Below, one piece after another: positions 1 to 10,254 of a stretch of 30,967 bases of DNA. A program made the position numbers and the translations under genes. Below the pieces are notes generated by a model that saw nothing but the letters and a program-made list of their open reading frames with translations, had not been told where the DNA came from and made no database searches. Position 1 is the stretch's first letter; each line of letters starts with the position of its first letter. The stretch spans positions 1 to 30,967 of the forward strand of contig JARRRI010000052.1 in the NCBI GenBank assembly GCA_037380845.1, in the 5' to 3' direction. Source of the DNA: Candidatus Sulfobium sp. (GTDB taxonomy: Bacteria; Nitrospirota; Thermodesulfovibrionia; Thermodesulfovibrionales; UBA6898).

Positions 1-119
1 CCCCTCATCGCCAGTACCTTCGTCATCGCCGCCGTCAATGTCGTCTTCCCGTGGTCTACATGACCTATCGTCCCTACGTTGCAATGAGGCTTCGTCCTTT
101 CAAATTTTGCCTTTGCCAT
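1..119 (-). CDS. tuf: Elongation factor Tu, N-terminal fragment (runs off the left edge)
   Basis: Manual translation of the minus strand from ATG at 119 gives [39 protein letters not shown], with the GHVDHGKT P-loop. AAGGAAGGTG SD upstream; lies directly downstream of fusA. Confidence 0.97.
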   Translation of the reverse strand, partial: MAKAKFERTKPHCNVGTIGHVDHGKTTLTAAMTKVLAMR

Positions 120-168
120 TTTATCACCTTCCTTTGCTGTGAGGGCGGCAGGTTACCTGCCCCCGGGT

Positions 169-2247
169 TTATTCACCCTTTACTTTAGCTATGATTCCTT
201 CGGAAATCCCCTTCGGAACTTCGTCATAATTTGCAAACTGCATCGTATAAGTCGCCCTGCCCTGCGTCCTGGACCTCAGGTCCGTGGCATATCCGAACAT
301 CTCTGAAAGGGGTACCTGCGCCCTGATGACCTGCGCCTTTCCCCTCTTTTCCATGTTCTGTATTCGTCCCCTGCGGGAATTCAGATCACCAATAACGTCA
401 CCCATATGTTCTTCGGGCGTGACAACCTCGACATTCATTATCGGCTCCAGCAGAACCGGTTTAGCCTTTTTGGCCGCTTCCTTGAACGCCATGGAGCCCG
501 CTATCTTGAACGCCATCTCGGAAGAGTCAACCTCGTGGTAAGAACCGTCATAGAGCGTTGCCTTCACGTCCACTACCGGGTAGCCGGCCAATATCCCGTT
601 TTCTCCAGCCTCCCTTATACCTTTTTCAATTGCGTTGAAATACTCTTTGGGAACGGCCCCCCCGACTATCTTGCTCTCAAACTCAAAGCCCTTTCCGGCC
701 TCCATGGGTTCGAGTTCTATGTAAACATGACCATACTGGCCGCGCCCCCCGCTCTGCCTGACAAACTTGCCTTCAGCCTTCGATGCGGCTCTCACGGTCT
801 CCCTGTATGCAACCTGGGGCTTGCCTACGTTCGCTCCCACCTTGAATTCCCTGAGCAGTCTGTCCACGATTATTTCCAGGTGCAACTCTCCCATTCCCGA
901 AATGAGCGTCTGGCCCGTTTCCTCGTTGGTTGCAACCCGGAACGAGGGATCTTCCTGCGTAAGCTTTGCAAGTGACTGTCCCAGCTTCTCCTGGTCAGCC
1001 TTTGTCTTGGGTTCTATGGCCACGGAGATAACGGGCTCCGGAAATTCCATCGCTTCCAGTATCACCGGGTTCTTGTCATCGCAAAGGGTATCTCCCGTAA
1101 GGGTGCTTTTGAGCCCGACTGCAGCAGCTATGTCTCCGGCTGAAACCTCCTTGACGTCTTCTCTCTTGTTTGAGTGCATCTTCAGAAGCCTGCCGACTCT
1201 TTCCTTGGTCCCTTTCGTCGAGTTATACACATAAGAACCTGCGGCCATTACACCGGAATACACTCTCAAGAACGTGAGCTGGCCCACAAACGGGTCGGTC
1301 ATTACCTTGAAGGCCAACGCGGCGAACGGTCCGTCTGCATCGGCCCTTCTGGTCTCCGGCTCTTCCGTTCCGGGGTTTTTTCCCATCACCGGCGGCACAT
1401 CTCCCGGAGCGGGAAGGTAATCGACAATGGCGTCCAGGAGCTGCTGAACGCCTTTGTTCTTGAAAGCCGTTCCGCAGAAGACGGGAGTTATCTTCATTTC
1501 CAGCGTACCCTTCCTTAACGCCGACTTTATCTCGTCGCCGGTTATCTCTTTGCCGTCCAGGTATTTTTCCATCACCCTGTCGTCTATGTCAGACAAGGCT
1601 TCGATCATCCTTTCTCTGTATTCCTTCGCTTGCGCCAGAAGGTCATCGGGGATATCGCCTTCCACATATTTTGCGCCCAGAGTTTCATCGTCATAGTAAA
1701 GGGCCCGCATATCGATAAGATCCACAGGGCCCCTGAAATTCTCCTCCGCGCCCATCGGGAGCTGCACCGGCACCGGACGCGCCCCCAACCTCTCCACCAT
1801 GCTTCCGACGCTCATGAAAAAATCGGCGCCCATCCTGTCCATTTTGTTCATGAACGCGATTCTGGGCACCCTGTACTTGTCTGCCTGCCTCCAGACCGTC
1901 TCAGACTGGGGTTCCACTCCAGATACCGCATCGAATACCGCTACTGCTCCGTCCAGCACTCTCAATGACCTCTCAACCTCGATCGTAAAATCAACATGTC
2001 CCGGGGTGTCTATTATATTTATCCGGTGGTCCTTCCAGAAGCAGGTGGTGGCAGCCGAGGTTATGGTAATCCCCCTCTCCTGCTCCTGCACCATCCAGTC
2101 CATCACCGCCGTGCCGTCATGGACCTCGCCTATCTTGTATGTCACTCCGGTGTAATAGAGGATCCTCTCCGTGGTGGTAGTCTTCCCGGCGTCTATGTGA
2201 GCCATGATTCCAATATTTCGGGTTTTTTCCAGCGGAAATCTTGACAA
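169..2247 (-). CDS. fusA: Elongation factor G
   Basis: 692 aa; [41 protein letters not shown] and [11 protein letters not shown] motifs; str operon position. Confidence 0.99.
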   Translation of the reverse strand: MSRFPLEKTRNIGIMAHIDAGKTTTTERILYYTGVTYKIGEVHDGTAVMDWMVQEQERGITITSAATTCFWKDHRINIIDTPGHVDFTIEVERSLRVLDGAVAVFDAVSGVEPQSETVWRQADKYRVPRIAFMNKMDRMGADFFMSVGSMVERLGARPVPVQLPMGAEENFRGPVDLIDMRALYYDDETLGAKYVEGDIPDDLLAQAKEYRERMIEALSDIDDRVMEKYLDGKEITGDEIKSALRKGTLEMKITPVFCGTAFKNKGVQQLLDAIVDYLPAPGDVPPVMGKNPGTEEPETRRADADGPFAALAFKVMTDPFVGQLTFLRVYSGVMAAGSYVYNSTKGTKERVGRLLKMHSNKREDVKEVSAGDIAAAVGLKSTLTGDTLCDDKNPVILEAMEFPEPVISVAIEPKTKADQEKLGQSLAKLTQEDPSFRVATNEETGQTLISGMGELHLEIIVDRLLREFKVGANVGKPQVAYRETVRAASKAEGKFVRQSGGRGQYGHVYIELEPMEAGKGFEFESKIVGGAVPKEYFNAIEKGIREAGENGILAGYPVVDVKATLYDGSYHEVDSSEMAFKIAGSMAFKEAAKKAKPVLLEPIMNVEVVTPEEHMGDVIGDLNSRRGRIQNMEKRGKAQVIRAQVPLSEMFGYATDLRSRTQGRATYTMQFANYDEVPKGISEGIIAKVKGE

Positions 2248-2268
2248 GTCTTTTCTCCTCTATTCTCT

Positions 2269-2739
2269 CTACCATCTATAATGGGCAAAAGCCTTGTTAG
2301 CCTCGGCCATTCTGTGGGTATCTTCCTTCTTTTTGAAGGAAGATCCTGTATTGTTAAATGCATCAAGCAGCTCACCGGCCAGCCGCTCCTTCATCGTCTT
2401 TTCACCCCGCCCCCTGGCATAGGTTATGAGCCATCTCGATGCAAGGGCCATCCGGCGCTGCGGCCTTATCTCCACCGGCACCTGGTAAGTCGCTCCACCT
2501 ACCCTTCTCGGCTTGACCTCTACCACAGGCTTGACATTTTCCAGGGCCGCCTTGAAGACCTTGAGCGGATCGTTGCCCGTCTTCTCCCTGATTATATCAA
2601 ACGCTCCGTAACAGATGGATTCCGCAGTGGCCTTCTTGCCGTCCTGCATTATGGCAGCCATGAACTTACTGACAACCTTGCTGTTGTATTTGGGGTCCGG
2701 CAGTACTTCCCTTTTTTCAGCAACTCTTCTTCTCGGCAT
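2269..2739 (-). CDS. rpsG: 30S ribosomal protein S7
   Basis: 156 aa; MPRRR start, [26 protein letters not shown]. Confidence 0.99.
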   Translation of the reverse strand: MPRRRVAEKREVLPDPKYNSKVVSKFMAAIMQDGKKATAESICYGAFDIIREKTGNDPLKVFKAALENVKPVVEVKPRRVGGATYQVPVEIRPQRRMALASRWLITYARGRGEKTMKERLAGELLDAFNNTGSSFKKKEDTHRMAEANKAFAHYRW

Positions 2740-2751
2740 TATCTACTCCGT

Positions 2752-3123
2752 TTATTTAGGCTTCTTTGTCCCGTATTTCGACCTTCCACGCCTTCTGTCG
2801 TTCACGCCGGTGGAATCGAGGCTCCCTCTTATAATATGGTATCTCACCCCCGGGAGGTCCTTTATCCTGCCGCCCCTTATCATAACTATCGAGTGCTCCT
2901 GAAGGTTATGCCCGATTCCCGGGATGTAGGCCGTCACTTCCAACGCATTCGTCAACCTGACCCTCGCCACCTTCCTCAGAGCGGAGTTCGGCTTTTTCGG
3001 CGTAGTGGTATAAACCCTGACGCATACTCCCCGTTTCTGGGGGCATGACTTCAAAGCGGGGCTCTTCGTCTTCCTCACCGCGCTCTCACGGCCGTTCCTT
3101 ACTAATTGTGCTATCGTGGGCAC
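2752..3123 (-). CDS. rpsL: 30S ribosomal protein S12
   Basis: 123 aa; GTG start with [20 protein letters not shown] and [12 protein letters not shown] motifs. Confidence 0.99.
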   Translation of the reverse strand: MPTIAQLVRNGRESAVRKTKSPALKSCPQKRGVCVRVYTTTPKKPNSALRKVARVRLTNALEVTAYIPGIGHNLQEHSIVMIRGGRIKDLPGVRYHIIRGSLDSTGVNDRRRGRSKYGTKKPK

Positions 3124-3290
3124 TTTTCCTCCAAAAAATTAGAAATCATTTAAATTACTTTTCTCTGAGAAAAACCTTAAAGTAAACATGTTACCATATC
3201 GAACCCTTTTTTGTATACCATTTTTTAGCCTTGTCAGCGACAATTCAGTCATCGGAGCCGATAGAAAGAAAGATTCCCCGTACACGGCGC

Positions 3291-4577
3291 TCAGTGCCTG
3301 AATGCCCTCTGCCCCGTGAAGACCATTGTGACGCCGGCCTCGTTGCATGCCTCGATCACCTCGAAGTCCCGCTGGGAGCCCCCCGGCTGGACCACCGCCG
3401 CAATTTCCGCTTTTAACCCGACGTCCACCCCGTCCCTGAAAGGGAAAAAGGCATCAGAAACCATCGTCGAACCTATAAGCCCTCCCTTGTTCTTTTTTGT
3501 CTCCTCATCGATCTCACGCAGTGCCGCCGGGTCTTTCCCGCCCTGCTTTGCCTCCAGTTCGAGGGTCTTATACGGGACACCGTGCCTTCTGAAACACAGC
3601 GCATCGGCATACTTCGTATATGCCTTGAAAACCGCTATCTCTGCAACTCCTACACGGTCCTGTTCGCCCGTGCCTATTCCGACAGTAACGCCGTCCTTCA
3701 CGTAAATTACGGAGTTTGACGTAATCCCCTGTTCGACGTTCCACCCGAAAAGCATGTCGTCAAAGTCTTTTTCTGTCGGCTGCCTCTTTATGGCGTATTC
3801 TTTGCCTTTGTAGTCAGTCCTGGCCGGCAGAAAATCCTCCTTGGTCCGTATTCTGTTGACGGGAGACTGCTGCACGATTATGCCCCCGTCTATCAGACAT
3901 TTGAAATCGACAAAACGGGAGGACCTGTACTGTTCGAGCCGGTCTATTTTGTCGATCCTGACGATCCTCAGATTCTTTCTCCCGGCCAGTATCTCCACTA
4001 CTCCCTCTTCGAAATCAGGTGCCCCGACAACCTCCAGATAATTGGCGCCGACCATCTCCGCCGTCTCCCTGTCCATCGCCCTGTTGACGACAAGACAACC
4101 GCCGAAAGCTGCTATCCTGTCGGCCATGTTCGCACGGTCATAGGCTTCCGCCACAGTCCCGCCATAGGATACACCGCAGGGATTGTTGTGCTTCATTATG
4201 GCTGCAGCCGGTCGGTCGGAAAGGAACTTTATGATATTGAGTGCGTTATCCAGGTCGGTCAGGTTCGTCTTTCCGGGATGTTTTCCCGCCTGGATCATGT
4301 CTTCCTCGCTGATACTGCTCACAAGCCCGTTCCCGGGCTCGACATACCTGCAGTCTCCGAGGACGAGATTCCCGTTTACAAGCTCAAAAAGGGCGGCCTG
4401 CTGGTCGGGGTTTTCTCCATAACGCAACCCCTTTTCGATTATCTCGCCAGTCTTTTCATCCGGGATCTTCCATGTTCTCTTCCTGTATACCAGGGTCTGT
4501 TCCCCGAACTTTATCGTCATCTCACCGGGGAAATCGTCATCCATCATGGTCCTGTACATCTTTTTCAGTTCAGACAT
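3291..4577 (-). CDS. PurH-family (AICARFT/IMPCHase) protein with the AICAR transformylase-type domain only
   Basis: LRYGENP, MKHNNPCG, AFGG, SDAFFPF and VQPGGS motifs of the PurH C-terminal domain. Start moved to ATG 4577 (MSELKK), which has an AAGGAG SD; 428 aa. Confidence 0.85.
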   Translation of the reverse strand: MSELKKMYRTMMDDDFPGEMTIKFGEQTLVYRKRTWKIPDEKTGEIIEKGLRYGENPDQQAALFELVNGNLVLGDCRYVEPGNGLVSSISEEDMIQAGKHPGKTNLTDLDNALNIIKFLSDRPAAAIMKHNNPCGVSYGGTVAEAYDRANMADRIAAFGGCLVVNRAMDRETAEMVGANYLEVVGAPDFEEGVVEILAGRKNLRIVRIDKIDRLEQYRSSRFVDFKCLIDGGIIVQQSPVNRIRTKEDFLPARTDYKGKEYAIKRQPTEKDFDDMLFGWNVEQGITSNSVIYVKDGVTVGIGTGEQDRVGVAEIAVFKAYTKYADALCFRRHGVPYKTLELEAKQGGKDPAALREIDEETKKNKGGLIGSTMVSDAFFPFRDGVDVGLKAEIAAVVQPGGSQRDFEVIEACNEAGVTMVFTGQRAFRH

Positions 4578-4885
4578 GGCGTATCTCCTTAATTCCTGAT
4601 GTAGTTTTTGGGAACTTCTCCGCAAACATCTGATTGCCGGCCAAATCCGGTCATAAAGCGTGAGACAATGATACCAGAACAGGGGGAAATGAGGGAAGCC
4701 GCCGGAAATGATGTCTTTTTCGGCCATCTCACGGTTCTCAGTTTCGGGGCGGGTGCCGCCATTGTGTTAAAATACCGTCGCTCATGAAGGATTCGGAAAA
4801 CCCGCGACACTCATTTGAAAGACAGAGCTGCTGCTAAAAGACGCCTTTATTGAGACGGAAAAAGCAGACGGATGATGGAGGAGCC

Positions 4886-5458
4886 ATGAAAAATATTGCC
4901 AATTTCCTGTTCGAGGCGGGAATGCTCAAGCGCACCCCCCGGACCGGTTTCCAGTTCCTCGGTTCGGGGGCCGAGTCAGTAGCCGAACATATATTCAGGA
5001 CCGTCTATATCGGATATACGCTGGGCCGTCTGGCTGAAAATGTTGACACCGACAAGATTATCAAGATGTGCCTTTTTCATGACCTGCCGGAGGCCCGGAC
5101 AGGGGACCTGAATTATGTGAACAAAAAATATGTAACAGCGGATGTCGGCAAGGCTGTAAGCGACCTGGCTTCCACGGTGCCCTTCGGTGATGAGATCAGG
5201 AAACTTATTCTCGAATTCGAAAGTGAAAAGAGCGTCGAGGCACGTCTTGCCCATGATGCAGACCAGATCGAGCTGATCCTGGCACTCAAGGAGTATAAGG
5301 ACCTCGGCAATACTTATGCCGATGAGTGGCTCGACTTCGCCATGAAGAGACTTAGAACGGACATCGCCCGCGGTCTGGCGGAAACGGTCCTCGAAACAGA
5401 CTCCTCCCTCTGGTGGTTTTCTGACAAGAGCGACTGGTGGGTGAAGGGGAAAGAGTAG
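4886..5458 (+). CDS. HD-domain phosphohydrolase (YfbR/HDDC2-like 5'-deoxynucleotidase family)
   Basis: LKRTPRTGF, ESVAEH, LFHDLPEARTGD and AHDADQIE motifs. Start at ATG 4886 after GGAGGAG; 190 aa. Confidence 0.85.
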   Translation: MKNIANFLFEAGMLKRTPRTGFQFLGSGAESVAEHIFRTVYIGYTLGRLAENVDTDKIIKMCLFHDLPEARTGDLNYVNKKYVTADVGKAVSDLASTVPFGDEIRKLILEFESEKSVEARLAHDADQIELILALKEYKDLGNTYADEWLDFAMKRLRTDIARGLAETVLETDSSLWWFSDKSDWWVKGKE

Positions 5459-5728
5459 GATCTCTCCGGCCGCCTGACTGTCATCCCCACGTGATTCCGC
5501 CGGAAATCCTCGGCCCCGGTGGGCCCCGGCAGAGGCTCCGGGACATTCGTAATCCGCCTCACATGTTGATACAATTTAGAGAAAAGGGACGATCCCCTGG
5601 ATGCCTTTGAATAATTGAACATAGGAGCATAATCTGTCATGAGCCAGCTTTTTTCGCCTCTGAAGCGTAAAGTTTGCACCAGAATCTGATCGTTTGCGGA
5701 CTGACTATGACCTTCCAGAAGAGGTGAT

Positions 5729-8667
5729 GTGATGTTAAGAATTCCGGATAGGCTCAGAAAAATACTGATTGCGGTCGCGATCTTTTTTGCACTTTATACC
5801 CTGCTTGGCTTCGTCATCCTGCCTCCTATAGCGAGATCCGTCATCGAAAAGAAGCTGGGCGAGTCGCTCCACCGGCAAACTACTCTCCAGAAAGTGTTCA
5901 TGAATCCTTATACACTCCATGTAACGCTGAAAGGCTTGTCCGTCAACGAGAAAAAGGGAACAGAGACCTTCGCGTCCTTCAAGAGACTGTCCATCAACAT
6001 CCAGGCTGTTTCACTGTTTGAAAAGGGGGTCATCATAAAGGAAGCGGTCATCGAAAACCCTTATCTGCACCTTGTTCGCAAGACCGGACACACTTATAAC
6101 ATATCCGACCTCATCTCCGGGAAAGGGCCTGCCAAGAAACAGCCGTTCCAGTTTTCGGTCAGCGCCGTCCGCATCTCAGGGGGCACCCTGGAATTTGAAG
6201 ACCTGCCGATGGGAAAGAAACACCGGATGACCGATATCATGCTGGCTGTCCCCTTTGTCTCAGACCGCCCCCACTATGCTGCAACCTTCGTGCAGCCTGA
6301 ATTATCCGGGAAATTCGATGGATCCCCCTTCCATTTCACCGGGAAAACACAACCTTTTTCTCAGTCACGCGAGACGTCTCTTGATATAGACATCAAGGAT
6401 TTCAATATTCCTTATTATTTTTCCTATCTGCCCTTACAGCCGGGGATTACCTTAAGGTCCGGACAGGCAACCACCAAACTTCGTCTCTCCTATATCCAGT
6501 ATAAAAAAAGGGGCCGTCTCTCTCCCTAAAGGGAACCATCGAATTAAGCGATATCGACCTGCTGGGCACTGATGGGATACCGATGGTCGATGTGCCCCGT
6601 TCGGCCATTGATATAGGAGATGCCGAGCTTTTTTCGAAAAAAATTAATATAGCCGACATAACGGTTCGGTCGCCTCATATCTTCATTAAGAGAGACTCGA
6701 AGGGAACCTTGAACCTCTCAGGTCTCGTTCCTGCCACGACGGGCAGTGAGAAGACTCCCGCCCCTACGGGAAAGAAGAAGGCCCCGATGTCATTCAATAT
6801 AGCAAAGTTAAGCCTGACAGGGGGAAAGATCGACTTTTCCGACGCCCTCAGACATGAAGGAAAGCCGGCGCCGGCAAAGCCTGTGAGAATCTCCGCTGAT
6901 AATGTCTCAATCAGTGCCAAAAATATCTCGACCGAAGAGAACAGGAAGGCCGGACTGACACTTTCGGGAAATATAGGGAAAGGACGGATCGACATATCAG
7001 GTACCGCTTCCCTCAAACCCCTCATGTCCCGCCTCAGGATAGACGTGAAGAAGCTGGGCCTTTCCCCGTTTCAGCCTTATATGCCCGACAGGATAAAGAT
7101 AGGTATCACAGGCGGAGCAGCATCGACATCCGGAGCCATATCCCTGAAGGCCGGGAAGCAGGGGAAATACGATGTCTCTTTCAAGGGGGACGCCGAGATT
7201 TCGGACTTCTCCTCTGTAGACAGTTTAAGCGGCCGGCGTTTTCTGAAGTGGTCGTCTCTTCGGATAGAGGGAATTGATAGCGGTGAAAATTTCCGGCAGA
7301 TCTCGGTAAAGGGATTTTCGCTGTCAAAGTTTTATGTCCGCCTGATCGTACAGCCGGGAGGAACGATCAACATAATGGACATACTGAAGAAGAAGGCGTC
7401 TTCCAACGCTGTCGCAGGCGGGACAGGGGCAGAAAGTACCGGACAGCCGGGGGAAGAACCTGCCGGTGGAAGAAAGATAATTATAGGTTCTTCCACACTC
7501 GAGGGAGGCACTATAGATTTTACGGACAGGCATATCAAGCCGCGCTATTCTGCGAAATTAACAGACATAACGGGAAGGGTGTCCGAACTCTCATCAACAA
7601 ATCCTTCGCCGGCAGACGTGGACCTGATCGGCAAGTGGAACGGCTACGCCCCGCTTGAGATTACGGGGAAAGTGAACCCTTTCGGAGAAGACCTTTTTGT
7701 TGACCTAAAGCTGGACTTCAAGGACATGGACCTCACTCCCCTTACGCCTTTTTCGAACAAATACATAGGATATTCAATAGAGAAAGGCAAGCTAGCCCTC
7801 AACCTGAAATACCGCATAGTAAAGAAGACGCTCACTGCGGAAAACGTCGTGTCGCTCGATCAGCTTACACTCGGCGAGAAAGTGGAGAGTCCTGATGCCG
7901 TCAGGCTGCCGATAAAATTCGCAATCTCCCTGCTTAAGGACAGGGAAGGCAGGATCAACCTCAACGTGCCGGTCTCCGGCAGGATAGACGATCCGAAGTT
8001 CAGTCTGGGACATGTGATCATGAAGGCCATCGGTAAATTCATCACGAGGATTATTACCTCGCCTTTCAGGCTGATAGCGTCCCTTTTCGGCGGGGGCGGA
8101 GGTGAAAAGCTGTCTTACCTCGAATTCGCTTACGGCAGCTCATCCCTGAGCCCGGAAAATGTAAGCAAGCTCGGCACCCTGATGAAGGCACTCTACGACC
8201 GGCCGAACCTCGAGCTGGATATCGCTGGCTATGTTGATCCCCGGAAAGACAGGGATTCGCTGAGGGAGATCAGATTTCAGAGAAAACTGAAAAGGCAGGC
8301 GCTGGCAGACATGAAGGCCGAAGGAAAGAAACCTGTCCCTCTGGATGAGGTGGAGATAAGGCCTGACGAACGCGACAGGATCCTGTGGGAGGTCTACCGA
8401 AAGGAGAAGTTTCCGAGACCTAAAAACGTCCTGGGCTTCGTGAAGAAACTGCTCCCGGAGGAGATGGAAAAACTCATACTCACACATATAGTGATAACCG
8501 ACGACGATCTGCGGCAGCTTGCACATGAACGGGCAAGGGAGGCCAGAAACTACATCCTTAATGCGAAGGTAAATCCCGACAGGGTCTTTCTGGTCGAACC
8601 GAAGTCTCTCAAACCTGAAAAAAAGGAAGACTTGAAAGAAAGCCGGGTCGAATTCACGCTCAGATAG
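5729..8667 (+). pseudogene. DUF748 (AsmA-like) envelope protein with N-terminal anchor and C-terminal OmpA-like region, split by a 1-nt frameshift at about 6503-6513 (real lesion or sequence error)
   Basis: ORFs 5729-6529 (TM helix, NPYTL motif) and 6583-8667 (GYSIEKGKL, LPIKFAISLLKDREGRINLNVPVSG) join into about 979 aa if one base is added in the A7G4 run. The intervening frame reads KKGPSLSLKGTIELSDIDL with no stops. Confidence 0.8.
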
Positions 8668-8778
8668 GAAACGGAGATAAGCTGGCGGAACAGACTCAGA
8701 AGGCGATACGGCCGCAAAAAGGTACAAAAGTAACAGAAAGTCAATTTATGTGCCTTATGTGATCGGGCTTCGCTTCCG

Positions 8779-9978
8779 TTATTTCTTCGTCCGGATGACG
8801 TCGCGGGTGTGGCGGGCGATCATCAATCCTTCGTTTGTCTTCATGACCCTGACGGTTACGGGGGCGTCGTCTTTGGATATGACCGTCGCGTGGGAATCGT
8901 TCCTCTCCTCATCCAGATCGATGCCCAGATATCCCATGTTTTCGCAGATTCTCCACCTCACCTGCGGAGAATTCTCACCGATGCCGGCCGTGAAGACCAG
9001 GGTATCGAGCCCGCCGAGAACTGCGGAGAGCGCACCGAGAAACTTCCTTGCCTGGTAACAGAAAAGACCTACGGCCTCCGCGGCATCGTGGTCGTCATTC
9101 TCCCTTTCCAGGAGGTCCTTCATGTCAGAACTTGAACCCGACAGACCGGACAGCCCGGCCTGCTTGTTTATGAGGTCATTCAGTGTAGAGGAGTCATATC
9201 CGAGTTCCTTGAGCAAGTAAAGGATAACCCCGGGGTCAAGATCTCCGGAGCGACTGCTCATCATGAGTCCTCCGGCGGGCGTAAAGCCCATGGTGGTATC
9301 GAGCCCGGTTCCGCCTTTTACCGCGGCCATGCTCGCCCCGTTGCCCAGGTGGGCGATGATGGTCCGGCTATGGGCTGCCTCCTCACCCGCCGCCTGTCGC
9401 AACTCCCCCATTATATATTCATAGGACAGACCGTGGAAGCCATATCGGATGACACCCCTGTTCAGGATACGCCGGGGCAGGGGATACAACTGGGCCATCC
9501 CGGGCATGGTCCGGTGAAAGGCGGTGTCAAAACAGGCGACCTGCTTGAGATGCGGAGAAAACCGGCCCACCGCGTCTATTGCCTTGATCTCGTGGGGCAG
9601 ATGATCGGGTGCCAGCGGGACGAGGTCCCTCAGCGACGACATAAGGTCCGGCCCGACCCGATGGGGTTCGACGTAATCGGCGCCTCCGTGGACTATCCGA
9701 TGGCCGACAGCGTCCAGTCCCTTTCCCTCTTCCCTGGCCCCCAGCCAGTCAAAAAACATCTTCAGCGCGGAGTCGTGGTCGGGAAAGTCAGAGCGCTCAT
9801 CGACAAGAATATTGCCGGAACCGTCTGACATGCGGAATGAGCCGTCCCTGAGGCCGATCCTCTCCATACGGCCCAGGAGTAACATTTCTTCGGATGCACC
9901 CATAGAGTAGAGTGCAAGTTTCAGACTCGAAGAGCCGCTGTTTACAGTCAGTATTCGCAGGGACATTTGATTCGCCAT
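8779..9978 (-). CDS. ackA: Acetate/propionate kinase
   Basis: 399 aa; LTVNSGSSSLK, GHRIVHGG, FDTAFH, RYGFHGLSY, HLGNGAS and FTAGIGENS motifs. Confidence 0.95.
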   Translation of the reverse strand: MANQMSLRILTVNSGSSSLKLALYSMGASEEMLLLGRMERIGLRDGSFRMSDGSGNILVDERSDFPDHDSALKMFFDWLGAREEGKGLDAVGHRIVHGGADYVEPHRVGPDLMSSLRDLVPLAPDHLPHEIKAIDAVGRFSPHLKQVACFDTAFHRTMPGMAQLYPLPRRILNRGVIRYGFHGLSYEYIMGELRQAAGEEAAHSRTIIAHLGNGASMAAVKGGTGLDTTMGFTPAGGLMMSSRSGDLDPGVILYLLKELGYDSSTLNDLINKQAGLSGLSGSSSDMKDLLERENDDHDAAEAVGLFCYQARKFLGALSAVLGGLDTLVFTAGIGENSPQVRWRICENMGYLGIDLDEERNDSHATVISKDDAPVTVRVMKTNEGLMIARHTRDVIRTKK

Positions 9979-10011
9979 CCTGTCATCCCTTTTTGTACTA
10001 CCTGCTTTTCC

Positions 10012-10040
10012 ATGCTAACACTTAAAGCGGGCCCCCGCAA
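10012..10040 (-). promoter_or_regulatory. Candidate sigma70 promoter of ackA
   Basis: Minus strand TTGCGG-17 nt-TAGCAT with an extended -10 TG. Confidence 0.4.
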
Positions 10041-10071
10041 CGGGTAGGACAACCCTCCCGGCTATCCTCCT

Positions 10072-10213
10072 GAAGAAGGATTCCGGACCTGCCTGCCACA
10101 GGCAGGCTCGAGCCTGTCCCGGCTTGTTGGGGGCTTGCGAGAACGGCAGAAAAAAGACTTCCGGGGCCTTCGGGGCCGCCGGAGTCGGGTAAACTTGTCC
10201 GGAATCTTTCTTC
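10072..10213. repeat. Structured intergenic element bounded by 17-bp inverted repeats (REP/MITE-like)
   Basis: GAAGAAGGATTCCGGAC (10072-10088) pairs with GTCCGGAATCTTTCTTC (10197-10213) with 1 mismatch. Internal hairpins: CCTGCCTG-CCA-CAGGCAGG and GACTTCCGG...CCGGAGTC. Confidence 0.7.
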
Positions 10214-10254
10214 GGTGTGTGCATAAATGCAAGGCGATAACAACCCCGGCCTTG

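Noticed and set aside
147..161. Hairpin GGCAGG-TTA-CCTGCC between fusA and tuf
   Set aside because: Short stem without a U-tract; an ordinary intra-operon structure.
2752..3123. Streptomycin-resistance-type or odd substitutions in S12
   Set aside because: The lysines in PKKPNS and RIKDLP are wild type; TNAL instead of TNG is at a variable position.
4578..4727. N-terminal extensions in the ORF track (also 4850, 13127, 18038, 24389, 27384 and 30905 starts)
   Set aside because: Downstream ATGs have SD or promoter support and coincide with domain or signal-peptide starts; the extensions cross intergenic or promoter DNA.
5479..5540. GTCATCCCCACG...CCGGAAATCC as a REP-like remnant
   Set aside because: Too degenerate to form a convincing palindrome.
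6503..6510. AAAAAAG as a programmed -1 ribosomal frameshift
   Set aside because: The heptamer is not in the required codon phase (frame reads AAA AAA AGG), and I saw no clear stimulatory structure.
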